Notes under the pieces: generated by a model
What the model was told of the DNA's origin: nothing
Database searches by the model: none
What the model saw: only the letters and a program-made list of their open reading frames with translations
Shown here: piece by piece, positions 24,240-37,222 of the stretch
Layout: each line of letters begins with the position of its first letter
How positions within the stretch are numbered: position 1 is the first letter of the stretch
Program-made: the position numbers and the translations under genes
Assembly (NCBI RefSeq): GCF_009834535.1
Contig: NC_045697.1
Span: 62,746,001 to 62,810,000, forward strand
Length of the DNA: 64,000 bases
Direction of reading: 5' to 3'
Origin: Camelus ferus
Taxonomy: Eukaryota

Positions 24240-27200
24240 CTTAAAAAACTTAATGTGTAAATTACCTACAATAAAATGTACAGCTCTTCAGTGTTCAGTT
24301 CAATGATTTAACAATTTTATATATTCAGTACCCTCAACCCAAAGCAAAATATAAAATATATCAATCATCTAAGAAATATCTTTCATGTCCTTTTCCAATA
24401 AACCCTCCTACCTCCAGAAAAAAACTACTTTCTGATTTCTACCACCATAAATGAGTACTTCCTGTTCTTGGATCTCACACACATAGAACTGTAACAGATG
24501 TTCTTTTCTGTCTCAAATCTCTCACTCAACATATTGACTTTGAGATTCATTCATGTTATTGTATATATCAGTATTTCATTCCTTTTTAATGCAGAGTAGT
24601 GTTCTATTGTTTGAATATTTCACTCTTGATTTATATCTTCTTCTCTTAATGGACATTTGGGTTGTTTCCAGTTTGGGGCCACTATTATGAGTAAGGCTGT
24701 TCTGAATACTCCTGTACATGTCTTTTTGTGGACATGTTTTTGTTTCTCCCAGGTAAATATATCAATGTAAAATTCCTTTGTCAAGGGTGAGATGGATATT
24801 TAACTTTAAAATTGTCACACTGTTCTCCAAAGTGGTAGTACTATTTTACATTTCTACTGGAAACATACAAGAGTTCTGACTGCTTTAGTCCCTTCCAGGA
24901 TTTGATGTTGTGACACTCTTTAAATTTTAGTTCTGCTAATGGTAGTGAACTGGTATCTCATTCTAGTTTTAATTGTTTTGCCTTGCTCTGATAACTAAAA
25001 TTGCTGGGCACCTTTTGATGTTGCCCATTTGTGTATTTTTTTGTTCTGTGTCTGTTCAAGGCTTTTGTCAATTTATTAGATCATTTGTTTTTTTATTATT
25101 GATTTATAGGAATTCATTTTATATTCTAAATAGGTAACTTGTTCAAATGTCTAAATTCCTATTATTTTCTCCAATGTGGGGCTTGCAATGCATTTCCTTA
25201 GTTGTATCCTTTGATGAGCTGAAGTTTTTAATTTTAAAGGGGTTCAATGTATTAATTTCTTATAGTTCATGGTTTCTGTATCCTATCAAAGAAATCTTTC
25301 TCTATACCAAGATCATAAGGATATTCTCTTAATGTTTGTTTCTTGAAGGTTATGGTTTAGTTTTTAAATTTAGTCTATGATTCTTTTTAAATTAATTTTG
25401 GGTTTGGAGTGTATTGGCATTAAAGGGTCATTTTTTAAAAATTATATATTTATTTGTTCCAGTGTCTTTTATTAATAAGATTTTTTTATTGTTGAATTGA
25501 CAGTGCCTTTGTCCAAAATCACTGTGGATTGATTTCTAGACTATTTCTTTCAGGTGTTCTAATTTTAGAGAAAACTCTCTTAGCCTTAAATTATTTGGAA
25601 TAACAAAATAACTTTATTCTTATTATAGATTGTCTTGAAATCATGTAGTGTCAGCTATTCATTTTAGTTCTTTTTGAAAACTGCCTGACCCTTTTAGACC
25701 CAATTGTATTGTGAACTTGCCTAAATTCATTAATTAGTAGATCAGTTTTTTTTTTTTAATTTTTGAGGATTACACAGAGGTGCTATGTACATGGGTATGT
25801 CATCTCTATCTCTATATAACAGCATTTTACTTTTCCTTTCCAGTCACCCTACTTTTGTTTCTTTTGTTTGCCTTGTTGCACTGACTAGAACTTCCAATAT
25901 AAGAGTGAGTAGAAGTTGTTAAGATTTAAAAAAAAAATTTTTTTTTGCTGTTCTTTATATCAGGGGAAAAGCATTCAGTGTTTCATGATTAATAGAGATG
26001 TCATCTGCAGTTTTTTTTTATTGATGCCCTTCTATTCCTAATATGTAGAGGGATTTTAACATGAACCAACCTTGAATTCCTATAATAATCCCCATGGAGT
26101 CATGATATAAGAGTATTTTACAAAGGGCCAATATTTAGTTACGAGTATTTTTGTTTTCATGTCCATGAAGGATATTAGTCTGTGGTTTGTTTTTATTGAA
26201 GTATTTGGCCTTGCAATACTTGGTACTGATGTTTTTCTTACCTGATGAATCGAGATTGAATATATTGTTTCCTCTTCTATTTTTGGAAAGAGTTCATGAA
26301 GACTCATGATAGTGCTTCTTTAAGTATTTGACAGAAGTTAATAGTGAAGCCATCTGGGCCTGGAGTTTTATTTGTTGGAAAGCTTATTATGAATGAGGCT
26401 TTTTAGATTTGCTTATGGTTCTTTCTATCAATTTTAGTAAATTTTTTTTAAAAAGTAATATGTCCTCTTCATTTAAATTGTCAAATATATTGACATGTAG
26501 GTCTTCTGGAGACAAAACCTTTCAGGTTTTGCCTTCTAAAGATGTCTTTATTTTTCCTTCACTTTTAGGGATATTTTTACTGGATAGATACATAATTCTA
26601 AATTAACAGATTACTTTTTTCTTTTGAGTACATCAAAGATGTCATTCCATTGTCTTCTTTCATTGTATTTAATGAAAAGTCAACCATAATTGTTGTATCC
26701 TTTATGTAATGTGGCTTTTAAAAAATTATTTAATGCTTTTAATATTTTCTTTGGTGTTTCAAGATTTTACTTACAATATGTCCAGGCACAGTTTCCTTCT
26801 TGGGGTTTTCTGAACTTCTTTAGTGATTGGGTTAATGTGTTTGAGCAATCTTGGAAGAATCTATTATCTTTTAAAATTTTATCTTTTGTCCTAATTTCTT
26901 TCTTTTCTCCTTTAGTTTTTATTTTATTTACTTCAATTATATGTATGTCACACCAAATGAAAATGTTTTGCAGTTCTCAGACACTGTTCCTTTTGTCTAC
27001 ATATTTATCTTTTTAGTATTTCAGTTTGAACAATTTCCTTTTGACCTGTCTTCAAGTTAGGCAATTGTTTTCTTTGATATTTCCACGGTGCTATTCAGCT
27101 TATCAAATTAATTCTTTATTTCTGATATCATATTTTCTATTCCTAGCATTTCTATTTTCTTTATAGTTTTTTTGCCTCTGCTGAAACTCCCTTTGTGTTC

Positions 27201-28911
27201 AGACATATTGCTCTCATTCTAGCATAGTTACACTAAATTCTCTGTCCCTAATAGCTAGCTGAGCCTTTTCTGAGTCTTTTTCTATTAATGTTTTCTTTCT
27301 TGACTATAGGTCACATTTTTTGTTTCTTCATTTGTCTCATAATTTTCGAGAGGCATTACGTGTAAAAGAACTTTAGTAAATAATATTCGCCTCAGGAAAG
27401 GGGATACTCTTTCTCCTATCTGGCCTCTGGTTTTGGGGCTGAGTTGCACCAGTTTGTAGTTGAGCTGGGTCTAATCTAAAGTTGTTGTATCTTTTATAGT
27501 TTTAACTTACCACAGTTTTTAAATACTTTAAGAGCATGATCAGGATTTTCTTTTTAACTAAGCTTGAGATCTGAGCACAAGCAAAACTCTGGAAGAGTCT
27601 GTCATCCTTTATGATGCCAAAAAAAAAAAAAAAAAAAAAAAAAAGCTCTCTGAACTTTGTGTGGTATAAGGTCTAAAATTAAGTTGTACTATTATATGCT
27701 GCCTTGATATGTGACACCCAGAGTATGGCCTAACCACAAGTTCCCTTTTCCACTCTGCTCCAGTGGATAAGGTCCCCTGGCCAAACAATTCTCTTTATCA
27801 AGGAGACCAGGCATATTTCCTGCTTGTCCTTGAGTGTGGGTTTCAATTCCCTGACAGCCCATAGAATTATTCAAGCAAGCCAACTGCATCCTCCAGTGAG
27901 AGCCAGGGGCAACCCTCACTCTTCATATTAAAAAGCCTGCCTCTTACTGTTGTGTTCTGGAGTGCAAGCCCTGTGTGGCCCTGTGTGGTGTGTGGTGTCT
28001 TCCTCCCCAGGGCTGTGAGTATATGTGCAAACTGCTACCAATCTCATCTGTTCAGTGTTGGGTGTCATGTGTTCAGCTAGCCCCATAACCCTAGGGTGGG
28101 AATTCCTTTCTCTCCAGTGGAGTGGAGTGAAGAGGAGTTGATGAAAACACTGTCGGAGATCTGAACTTTACTGTAAAAAAATCTTTTTTTTAAAATCTCT
28201 GATGAATTCTTTTTTCCCACACCTGCCCCTGAATTTCTGTATTTCTCCAACCTTTGCCTTATCTCCAGCCTTTGGGAGACTATGGACATGTACCCAGTGA
28301 AGACTTGGCATGCCTTAGGGTTTGGTTTATGTTTTTTCCAGTTCTCTTGTCCTTTACCCAGTCTTATTGGGTTATGGCAGTGACTTAGTGGAGTATTCTT
28401 GATGATGAAATTTCTGGCTCCTCTGTTGGACTTCTCTGTCACTACCCCAGGGGAAGGGATGGGGGCTGAGGCTGCCTGTTATAACCTTGTGAATGTGGAA
28501 ATCTAAGCTCTCCATTCAGCCTTTGCTGGCAGGGACAGGGGCAGCACTACAGTTTTTTTCTGTGATATTTGGTGGGAGTAGAGCAGTTACTGTCTAGAAA
28601 GATTTCTTTCTGTCTAGGCTGACCATTTCCTGGTCCTTTGGCTTTTCTTGTGGCTTTGGTTGTTTATGTCGTAGATGTTTCTAGTGTGCCAATTTCTCCA
28701 GAACCCAGTCTAGGATATATGAGGCAAAAAGAAAATCCAGAGAACCCAATGCTGTGTTTTCCTTGGGTCTCCTAGCCAGTCTGCCTTCTTTTCTTCACCT
28801 TTTAGAGTCTTCTTATGTTTGTTTCACATATAGTGTCCAGGATTTTTAGGTGTACTTAACAGGAAGAATAGGGAAAAGTACACCTATTCCATATTTCCAG
28901 AAGCAGAAGTC
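24240..28911 (-). mobile_element. Long, fragmented ancient L1 (possibly composite), from 3' end to 5' start
   Basis: L1 3' motifs at 24240-25000 (atggacatttgggttgtttccagtttgggg), ORF2/ORF1 relics to ~27350, L1 5'-terminal motif (rc gacttctgcttctggaaatatggaatagg) ending at 28911. Confidence 0.8.
27665..28149 (+). mobile_element. ERV1-class solo LTR nested in the L1
   Basis: GC-richer block aggtctaaaattaag...tgctgccttga...aaagcctgcctc...aaaca with LTR-like organisation. Confidence 0.6.
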
Positions 28912-30149
28912 ATTAATGCATTAATGATAATCACTCAATGACCAGACAACTTTCTTCAAGAAGGAAAAGAAAATATTGCTATTTCTTAAAGTGTGCAAAA
29001 AAATTAGTCTTAAAGATTTTTTAGATTAACTCTTTCACGTATGTTGTCCTCCTTAAATGAGAAATATAAAATAAGCAATAGGATAATTTTGCAGCCTATC
29101 AATATAAACATTTGCTTATGAGGGATATTTGGTCATCTTTTATCAATTTGTCCTTTATGTTCTTAATTAGAAAGTTAAAAATTTTATGTTAGACTAAAAT
29201 ATGTTGTATTTTTTCCTGACAAACTAATATGCTTCTCTTACTTAATATTAAGAATTATATGATTCATCATATTTCCATATTTCCTTTTCTACCAGCCCAC
29301 TCAAACCTAAATCTTGCTCTTAATTTCAATTTGTTTGCACATCTTAGGTCTTTCTGCCAATTACTACTACTTTATTACCCTTTATTATACAGCTCTTAGA
29401 CTTTGCTTTATGACTCTTATGTGCCTGTAATGCTTTCAAAATAACCCATCTGAAATATATTTTGCAAACAGAAGAAGTAGAAGCAATAGGCTTTCTGAAT
29501 TTTATTTAGGAAGGACTTACAAGAGGTAATATGATCAAAAGGGTGTTCTAGTAGACAGAACTATATTCATAGAGGGAGTACCTTGTATTAATTTACATTG
29601 CTTTTTTTTTTTCCTTTCTTTAATGTGGCTATGAGTTGGGGAAATAGATCCTCCCCTATTTAATTCCCTGACAGGTATTATTATTACAGATATATAGAAG
29701 TACATTAATAGTTTTATCCATTCATTCATTTATTTGATAAATATTTATCGAGTGCCTGCCAAACACTGTCCTAGATGCCGGGGGTGCAGTAGTCTTATAC
29801 TGCCCTGCAGGTTCCATTCTAGCAAATGAAAGGAGCACCTTATCTGTGCTGTCAAGGATAAGGCAAGGTCATCACTTACAATACTGCACAAGAATTAAAA
29901 ATGGCATCCAACCAAAAAGAATAAAACAGGAAAGATTAGACTAAAAGAAAATATAAGAACACAAAATTTCCTCTTTAATTTCATAAATTCAAGTTAATAG
30001 AAATCATTCAATTATTAGTGGTATCTCTATGTATGTTTTAGCAGAAAGATAAAAGCTTAAAATAATTAAAATGAATTTAAGATAATTTGAAAATTATTTT
30101 TCTAGATTTTTGTAAACTTAGATGTTTACTATTTCTTTGGGGGGTTATT

Positions 30150-30350
30150 ATTACATAGTGGAAAGAATCAGAATTGGACATAAGTCTCTGTTCTATCAAT
30201 TACCAGTGTGTTACCCTAGGAAGTTGTTTAACTTCTTTGAGCCTGACTTTCTATCAGTCAAATTAAAGTAGAATACTTTACATCATTGGGAGAATTAAAC
30301 AATGTGCCAAATTTAGCTTACTTAGCATGTTGTTTGGCTCATCAAAATCA
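30150..30350 (+). mobile_element. MIR SINE
   Basis: ttaccagtgtgttaccctaggaagttgtttaacttctttgagcctgacttt core. Confidence 0.5.
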
Positions 30351-31459
30351 CACGTAAATCTGTTTCTCTTCTTCCTCCAGCCCTTTTACTGTATCTTTAT
30401 AATCCCCTTGGTCCACATATAAATTTAACAGGTTTTTAATACTTTCAACCAACATAAAATTGAAAAAATCTTAGAACTTTGCTTCCTGCAGTTATCTTTT
30501 GACAATGTCGGTTTATGGAAGACTATAATGAAATATTATTTTAAATGTTTTATACTATTTTAAGAAAAGAATTTCTCATGTGAGAAAGAAAGGAAGAAGC
30601 TGCTAAGAAATCTATTAATCTAGTAGAAGTTATTCCATATGCCCAACATTTTCCAAAGAATAATAACTTTTGCAGCCTTTCATGTGGCTTTAAGTAATAC
30701 ACAGCACCACCTACAAACAATGAAATCCTCAATCTAAGAGTCTCTTTTAACTCTTTATATTTTTATTTCAAAATAATAACATTTTTTGTTATTTTCTTGT
30801 AATTTAAAAAAGAGTATGAAAATAATAATAAATTAGAAAAAGAAAACTGAAATAACCCATTATCTCATTATCTAGGAAGAACATGTTTTGCAGTATGTTT
30901 TCAATTCTATGTTTATGGGACCATGAAATATGACATAAAAACCTCTTGATACAACATAATCTAATGAGTTTCACAGTTTTGTTCTTATAAATTACTCAGT
31001 GAAAAAATAGGGTAAAACATAATTCATTATAAAAAATTTAGTGGGCCATGGGGGTGTAACAGAATGGTGGGGTCCAGATATACAAAACTCTGATGATACA
31101 GTTTAATCCAAGGTTAGTATTTAGCATAGTTCAAAGAATGGATTGAGTATTCTTCAGGCAGTCATGCCAGGAATATTTTTTTTTAACTGTTATTTGATGA
31201 GTATCAGTAAGTCTCAGAGAACAGAATTTGAGGTTAGGCCCTCTGACAGTTTCTGGAGAACAGATATTTTATGTCTCCAATTAAAGGATGATCCACACAC
31301 CTAAAGCCATTAGACAAGCCGGGGATTCTCTGGGGAATTCCAGCACACGATGGCTTAGTGGATTGATAATGAGATATAGAACCTCAGGCCTTTTGATCAC
31401 AAGATCACTTGCAAGCTAGGATGGGGGTAACCAAAAGTCGTTATTTATCAATACCTTAC

Positions 31460-31569
31460 AGGAGCCAAAATGAATTGCTCAGCTCATCAGTTTTTATTAC
31501 CATTTGAGAAACATATGCTATCAGTTATAGATCCAATGAGTGACCGTTTACCACTAAAGTTCGTTTGTC
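31460..31569 (-). pseudogene. Candidate exon of the antisense decayed gene (110 nt, phase 0-2)
   Basis: ttttgatcccttttag|...CCT|gtaagg; DKRTLVVNGHSLDL*LIAYVSQMVIKTDELSNSFWL. Confidence 0.4.
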
Positions 31570-33139
31570 CTAAAAGGGATCAAAATGTTTTTTTCAAACC
31601 AGATAAGCCAAAAAATCTATGTGTGTCACATTGTTCTGGTTATTTCTTAAGGTTTCAGGATGGTCTCTTCATCTACTTTTACTAAATCTAAGAAGATGGA
31701 TTTTAAATTGTATACTAAACAGAAACGTTTTGCTTGGATTTTTCCAAATACTCTTCAGCTCTAAGCCAAAGACAGTTACTTGTGTCTTTTCCAGATAAGG
31801 AAGCTGTAATGTCTTTTTCTTAGTACTGAAAAACCATGTTAGAGTTGTGAAAATTATGCAGTTTCATTGCTCTTTTTAGTAACAAATTGCTGCCTGGCTT
31901 GTCTGTGCTGGACCTTTTTGATCTTTTACTAATTCAGGCTTTGTGGGATTGTTCTGTGGTATATCCGAAAAACAGATGCTTCGTACTCCATATGAAAGTC
32001 AACTGGAGTTTCTGCTGATGAATGTTGGTTGTAGTTTAAATAACCTCATATTATATACTCTCTAATATGTCAACAAGATGCTTATGTAAGTGAACGGCAA
32101 AGATTAAGGGGAGAAAAAAGTATTAAGACCAAAAAGTCAGTGGTTCAGAGAAAAAACTGGTCTTGTTTCAAATCCTGGTGTCCTGTATCTGGGACTAGAG
32201 ACAAGACTATATACTTATAGTAATATATAACCAAATAGTCATGAGGTTTCCAATTTTCCAATTCTGAAAGAAAACATTCCATGACTGAATATTTAGCAGG
32301 AACCTAATGCCTGGCACAGAAGTTGACAGAAAGATTAATTATACATACATCGAGCCTTCAGATAACATAATAGACCATAGCAAATTGAGAGCCAAGAATA
32401 TTCTTGCTTTATAATCTCAGTACTTAAGCAAGTATCTTGCTGAAGCTCACTGAGGGTTTGGGTAATTACTGAATGAATGAAGGAAGGAAGGTCTGGATGG
32501 GTGAACTGTTCTAACTTGTTATTTATATGTCTGCTATGGAATATTTTACAGATGAGAGAGCTTGATGGAAGCTTGAGAATCAGAAATTTGCTGGAGTAGT
32601 GAAATCATAAATTCCACGAAGCATCTCAAGTGGGAAAACAACCATAGAAAAGTCTTTGATTAATTTAGTTCTCTACTATCTGCAGGGGGTGTACTTTTGT
32701 ACTGCAATATAAGTACAAAGCCTTACATATGATCCATGTTTAATTTATTTTCATGTGACTCCACTTTTTCTTCATCCATTCCTTAGTGGTAAAATACTAA
32801 TTACCTCCAACCACTAGAATATCAGGATTAGAAAATAGAAGAACTAAATTTCTGATTATCATTCCATTAATTGGTTCTGATAGAAGTTTTAAGAGCAAAA
32901 TTTAAAGTGAATTTTTTGTATACTGACATAATTCAATAATTTATGCTTTTATCATCATCATTGAGATTAACTTCAAATAATGCTACTGCAGCTGAAGTGT
33001 ATATACAAAAATAGGGGTATATATTTTTTTCATAATTCAGCCTGTGCTGCATGAAAGAACAAAGACACCATAGATGAGTTTTTGTTTGTATGCATGCATA
33101 TACAGCCTTGAACAAAATGTGGCTCTCTGGGTGGGGCAC

Positions 33140-33600
33140 AGGGGAAAGGAAGTGTTACAAAATTTTTTCTCAATTTCCTTGTAGAGTAGAACAAAATGTT
33201 AAACTCCTTCATTCAGCCTATGCAAACAAAATTCCATCGTCAATGTGAAATTTCTCTTCAAAGTCATCAACACATGAAACATGAGTGAACCTAGGAAAGG
33301 AAAATTACTTCATGTTTTTCCCATGGGTTTTTCTGATAATAATTGCCTGTGTTTTCCCATTTACCCCTAGCTTCATCAGACACCCTTCACTGCTTCCACA
33401 GATCATCCTACCTAGGGGTCACAGATCACACAAAACCTACAGAAACAGGAAATCAAACTTCCTGAGTCCACTACAAAACACAGAAACCTGCTTCCTCTAC
33501 ACATCTCAAACTGGCAGAGCTCTGTCTTAGCAGATCCAGTGTGGAAGCAGCTGTCAAAAAAGCCAGAAGGATCTTATCCCCTAACTTCACATAGCTTTCT
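33140..33600 (+). promoter_or_regulatory. MMRN1: MMRN1 proximal promoter with ETS, FOX:ETS, GATA and E-box motifs
   Basis: AGGAAGT 33147-33153, TGATAA 33334-33339, AAACAGGAAAT 33443-33453, ACTTCCTG 33457-33464, CAGCTG 33548-33553, CTTATC 33573-33578; consistent with known megakaryocyte/endothelial expression of MMRN1. Confidence 0.55.
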
Positions 33601-33617
33601 TGCTTCAAGCTGCTGAG

Positions 33618-34205
33618 ATGAAAGGAGCAAGGCTATTTATCCTGCTTTCTAGTTTATGGAGTGGGGGCTTTGGGCTAAAGGACACTACACAAACTTGGAC
33701 TATACCAGAGGATGAGAACTCCCAGAAGAATGTGACCTCTACTTCAGTTCCTCTAAGCAGAATACAAAGTCGCCAGATGCTGCCGACCACTCAGACCACA
33801 TCTGCTGAGATGGCCACAGCTCCTGAGGCCAGCGCCTCTGAAGAGGGTCTTCTGAAATCAACACTGCTTCCCCCGGAGACAAGCACATCTCCCAAGGCTG
33901 TGAAAAACCAAACGCTCGCGCCCACAGAGAAGCCAGAAAGGGTGCTGAAGTTACAAACTCCTGCCCTCCTGATCAGCTCTAGCATCAAGTTCAGTCCTAA
34001 AGCAGAGTCTGTGGTCCTTCCCAACTCCACACTGAAATTTCTTCAGAGCTTTGCCAGAAAGTCGAATGAACAAACCAGTTCTCTAAACTCAGTTGGAGGT
34101 GTGGGAAATCGATCCCCACGGGAAACATACCTCAGCAGAGGTGACGGCAGGTGGCAGCCAAAGAACCAGCTATCAAAAACCAAGTTTTGAAACGACTAGA
34201 GGAAA
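33618..34205 (+). CDS. MMRN1: Multimerin-1 first coding exon (signal peptide, Ser/Thr-rich region, RGD); +1 frameshift at 34150/34151 in this sequence
   Basis: MKGARLFILLSSLWSGG...NSTLKFLQSFARKSNEQ...PRETYLSRGD matches MMRN1; removing one G gives ...GSGSQRTSYQKPSFETTRGK up to donor AA|gtaagg. Confidence 0.97.
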
Positions 34206-34519
34206 GTAAGGACCATTCTTTTTTTCTTCTTTCTAACTATAAGGTTTATAAGATTACAGGCTAACAATTAAACTATCTCAGTCCCAGAAAACGATTTCAT
34301 GTTCAAGATGAAACCGGGTCATATTTCAGTTAGGTCAGGTAATTAAGTATTACCTTATCTAACAGGGAAAAGATGAATAAACAAAAGGCAGCAATTTGTT
34401 GTAATTGAAGTGGCTGAAGTCACTAATAGAGGTGCTTTAACTGGGGATAGTCACTAGCAATGTACCACCACAGTGACTGTTAATTTAATTAATTCAACTC
34501 AAGGGTTTGTTGGTTGTGC

Positions 34520-34740
34520 TCAGAACTGGGTTGGAAACCTGGCTCCAGTGCTATCTAGATCCATGACTTTGTGCAAGTCAATTGATCTCCCTGAATCTCA
34601 GTTTCTTCATTCGTAAAATACAGATATGATATAGTGAGTACCGATAAAAATACCAACTTTGCAGGGTTATCATGCAAGATTCTAATTAATGAACTGTGCC
34701 TAGATGCATGCTTCTCACAGAATAGATGCTCAACAAACCA
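34520..34740 (+). mobile_element. MIR SINE
   Basis: atgactttgtgcaagtcaattgatctccctgaatctcagtttcttcattcgtaaaat core. Confidence 0.65.
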
Positions 34741-36354
34741 TATTTTACTAGTACTGTTACATTGAGTTATGCCATCATCAGGAATGTGTTGAATAAAAAA
34801 GACAATTTTTCAAATTGATTTTGATTTAAAATTAGAGAAAATTCAATCTGAACTGAAGCAAAATAATAACGCTTATAAGAGTATCATTAAAAAAGACTTT
34901 CAAGAGGACCAAAAAAAAAAACAAAACCCAACAACAACAAAACAAAAACAAGGAAAAAACTTGTGAAAAATGCAAGTCAGCGTTTTATTCATTTAATGTT
35001 CAAAGTTATTTGCATGTTTGGAATACTAAAGGTTTAGTATTATGAAGTTGAAAGCTATGCCTTTTACCTGTAATAAAATAGTTTCAAGACACCAAATAAT
35101 GCCTTGGGAGCTTGAGTTAAACACCTGACTAACTATATAAAATAATTTATGTTAATAATAGCAACTTGCACCTGCTATGTGCAAGATGGTGTGTTAACAC
35201 TGTTGTTCATATAAAGAGGAGGGGACACTGGGAACAATATAAGCCAATAGAGTCATATTTATGTATTATTTGTTATTCAAATCCATTTTTCACTGTACTT
35301 CAAAGGATATAGAATTTTTTAATATGAAAGTGAATCTGATTTTAACTAAAAGCTTCTTAACTTGGTGGAATTTGGAACAATTTACTGTAAAAGAAATGCT
35401 ACAAATTGTAAAATTTGGGTAGACTTTGTCTATAACAGATCTTTTAACAGATATAAATTAAACTTTCTCATGTTTAGGAACAATAGAATGTGGTTAGTTA
35501 AATAATAGTAACAAATGTCATTGAGAGCCTTTTCTAAGTCATTGGCAAGATCATTTCTATTAATCATATTTTGTTAGACTCCACAATTTTTAAACCCAAT
35601 TATATAGAACTCTTAGGCATTCACAGGAAATGATCTGCACTGTTTAGTGATAGCTGTCGTCAAGAGATTTTTCAATAGAACAGTAAATACGACCAAAAGA
35701 AGAGGATACTTTAAATTAAAATATCACTTAAATTTTACAGAGCATATAGAAAGTGGCATATGGTTGTTTCAAAATCAGAACTAGTGATTGATAATCTGAT
35801 GAATATACTAGTTTTTAAGTAAATGCCAATTGTTTTATCCAAAGTCCTCACTTTCAAAGCTATGAACCCTTATTTATTTGATGATTGTTTATATATTGCC
35901 TATTATGTGCCTAACACTGTGCTCATCCCTGGGGTTACATAGAATTTTTTAAATAAGAATAATTCCTACTTCCAAGGAATCTGTCATTTAAAAAGTATGC
36001 ACTGGCATATCTATTAGATTTTTCAAATTTCAATATGTGTTAGAAGGACATTCAAGGTGTAACTTGATGAACAGAGCTTCATCCGATGGATTTTCCAATG
36101 AAAATAATTTTAAATTATTTATAGAGAAAGTACCAATGGTACTTAGAGATTCTACAACCTGAGGTCCTAGAGATCTGAGGTTTTCTTTTAGGAACCCTTT
36201 CCAGTAAGTCCCAACTTCTTACATATTCAGCCATGCAACTGATAATGGTATTAGAGAAAACTTAGGTCCATCTCATATGGACACAATTCTGATGCAAAGA
36301 AATCTTGATAAGGTCAAAAGAGGTTTTTTATATTTTTATTTGATTAGCAAATAA

Positions 36355-36590
36355 TAATAGCAAACACTTTGTGGCATTTGTTCCTAGTACTGTACTGGGT
36401 TCTGAGTAAATATATCTGTGTACCTATATTTTCAATTATTTCATCACTACCATAATTCCATGATGATTCTGTTATTATTTCATTACAGAGAGGTTAAGAA
36501 ACTTAACCAAGGTCACTCAGCTAGTAAGTCTCAAGGTAGAAATTCCAACTCTGGCTGGCTGGCTTCAGAGACGTAGCTCTCAGTCCCTCT
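36355..36590 (-). mobile_element. MIR SINE
   Basis: agagaggttaagaaacttaaccaaggtcactcagctagtaagt. Confidence 0.65.
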
Positions 36591-36679
36591 GTTACATTCC
36601 TTCAGCAAATACAGTCTGTTATCCCAATTGGGAAAAGAAGACTGACCAGTTTATTTCCCTGTCTCGGAGCCTTCAGAGG

Positions 36680-37120
36680 CTGTTCTTTACCTCTAGCATA
36701 AAATCTAGACTTCATACCAAGTTCATCACACAACACCATCCTTGACCGGGCTCCTGCCTACCTCTCCAGCCTCAGCTTCTGTGACTTTCTGGCAGTTAAA
36801 AAGTGTAGTTCTCTAGTCCATTACACACCATTTGTTAAATTTATCTTTGTTCCCTGTTTGTCCCCCTGGTGGGCATGGTCTTCCTTTCCCATCACCTACT
36901 TCTTTTACACCTAATAATACTTCCAGGACGCCTTCTCAGGCTAACTTAGGTGGCCCCACTAACTGTTCACATAGCTCTCTTTGAATCTGTCTATCAGCAC
37001 ACTTACAACAGTGCACTGTAATGATGGAGAACTTGTGATTTCCTTATGTACAGGGACACATTTTCAGTGCTAGTAAAGCCTTAGGCTTACAGTGGGTACA
37101 TGATATTTAACAAACTGAAT
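36680..37120 (+). mobile_element. LINE-2 3' region
   Basis: ctcctgcctacctctccagcctca...cacttacaacagtgcactgtaat...3' tail. Confidence 0.55.
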
Positions 37121-37222
37121 GTAAAATCTATGGACCAATATGCAAATACAAAGAAGAATCCTCCCCGAAGAAAAATTCTAGTTTCTTTATGATAAAACCT
37201 GGTTGATTTGGGATAAACTCAC

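Noticed and set aside
33600..33617. ORF-track start at 33600 (MLQAAE...)
   Set aside because: TTG start from the ORF caller; the true start is the ATG at 33618 matching MMRN1.
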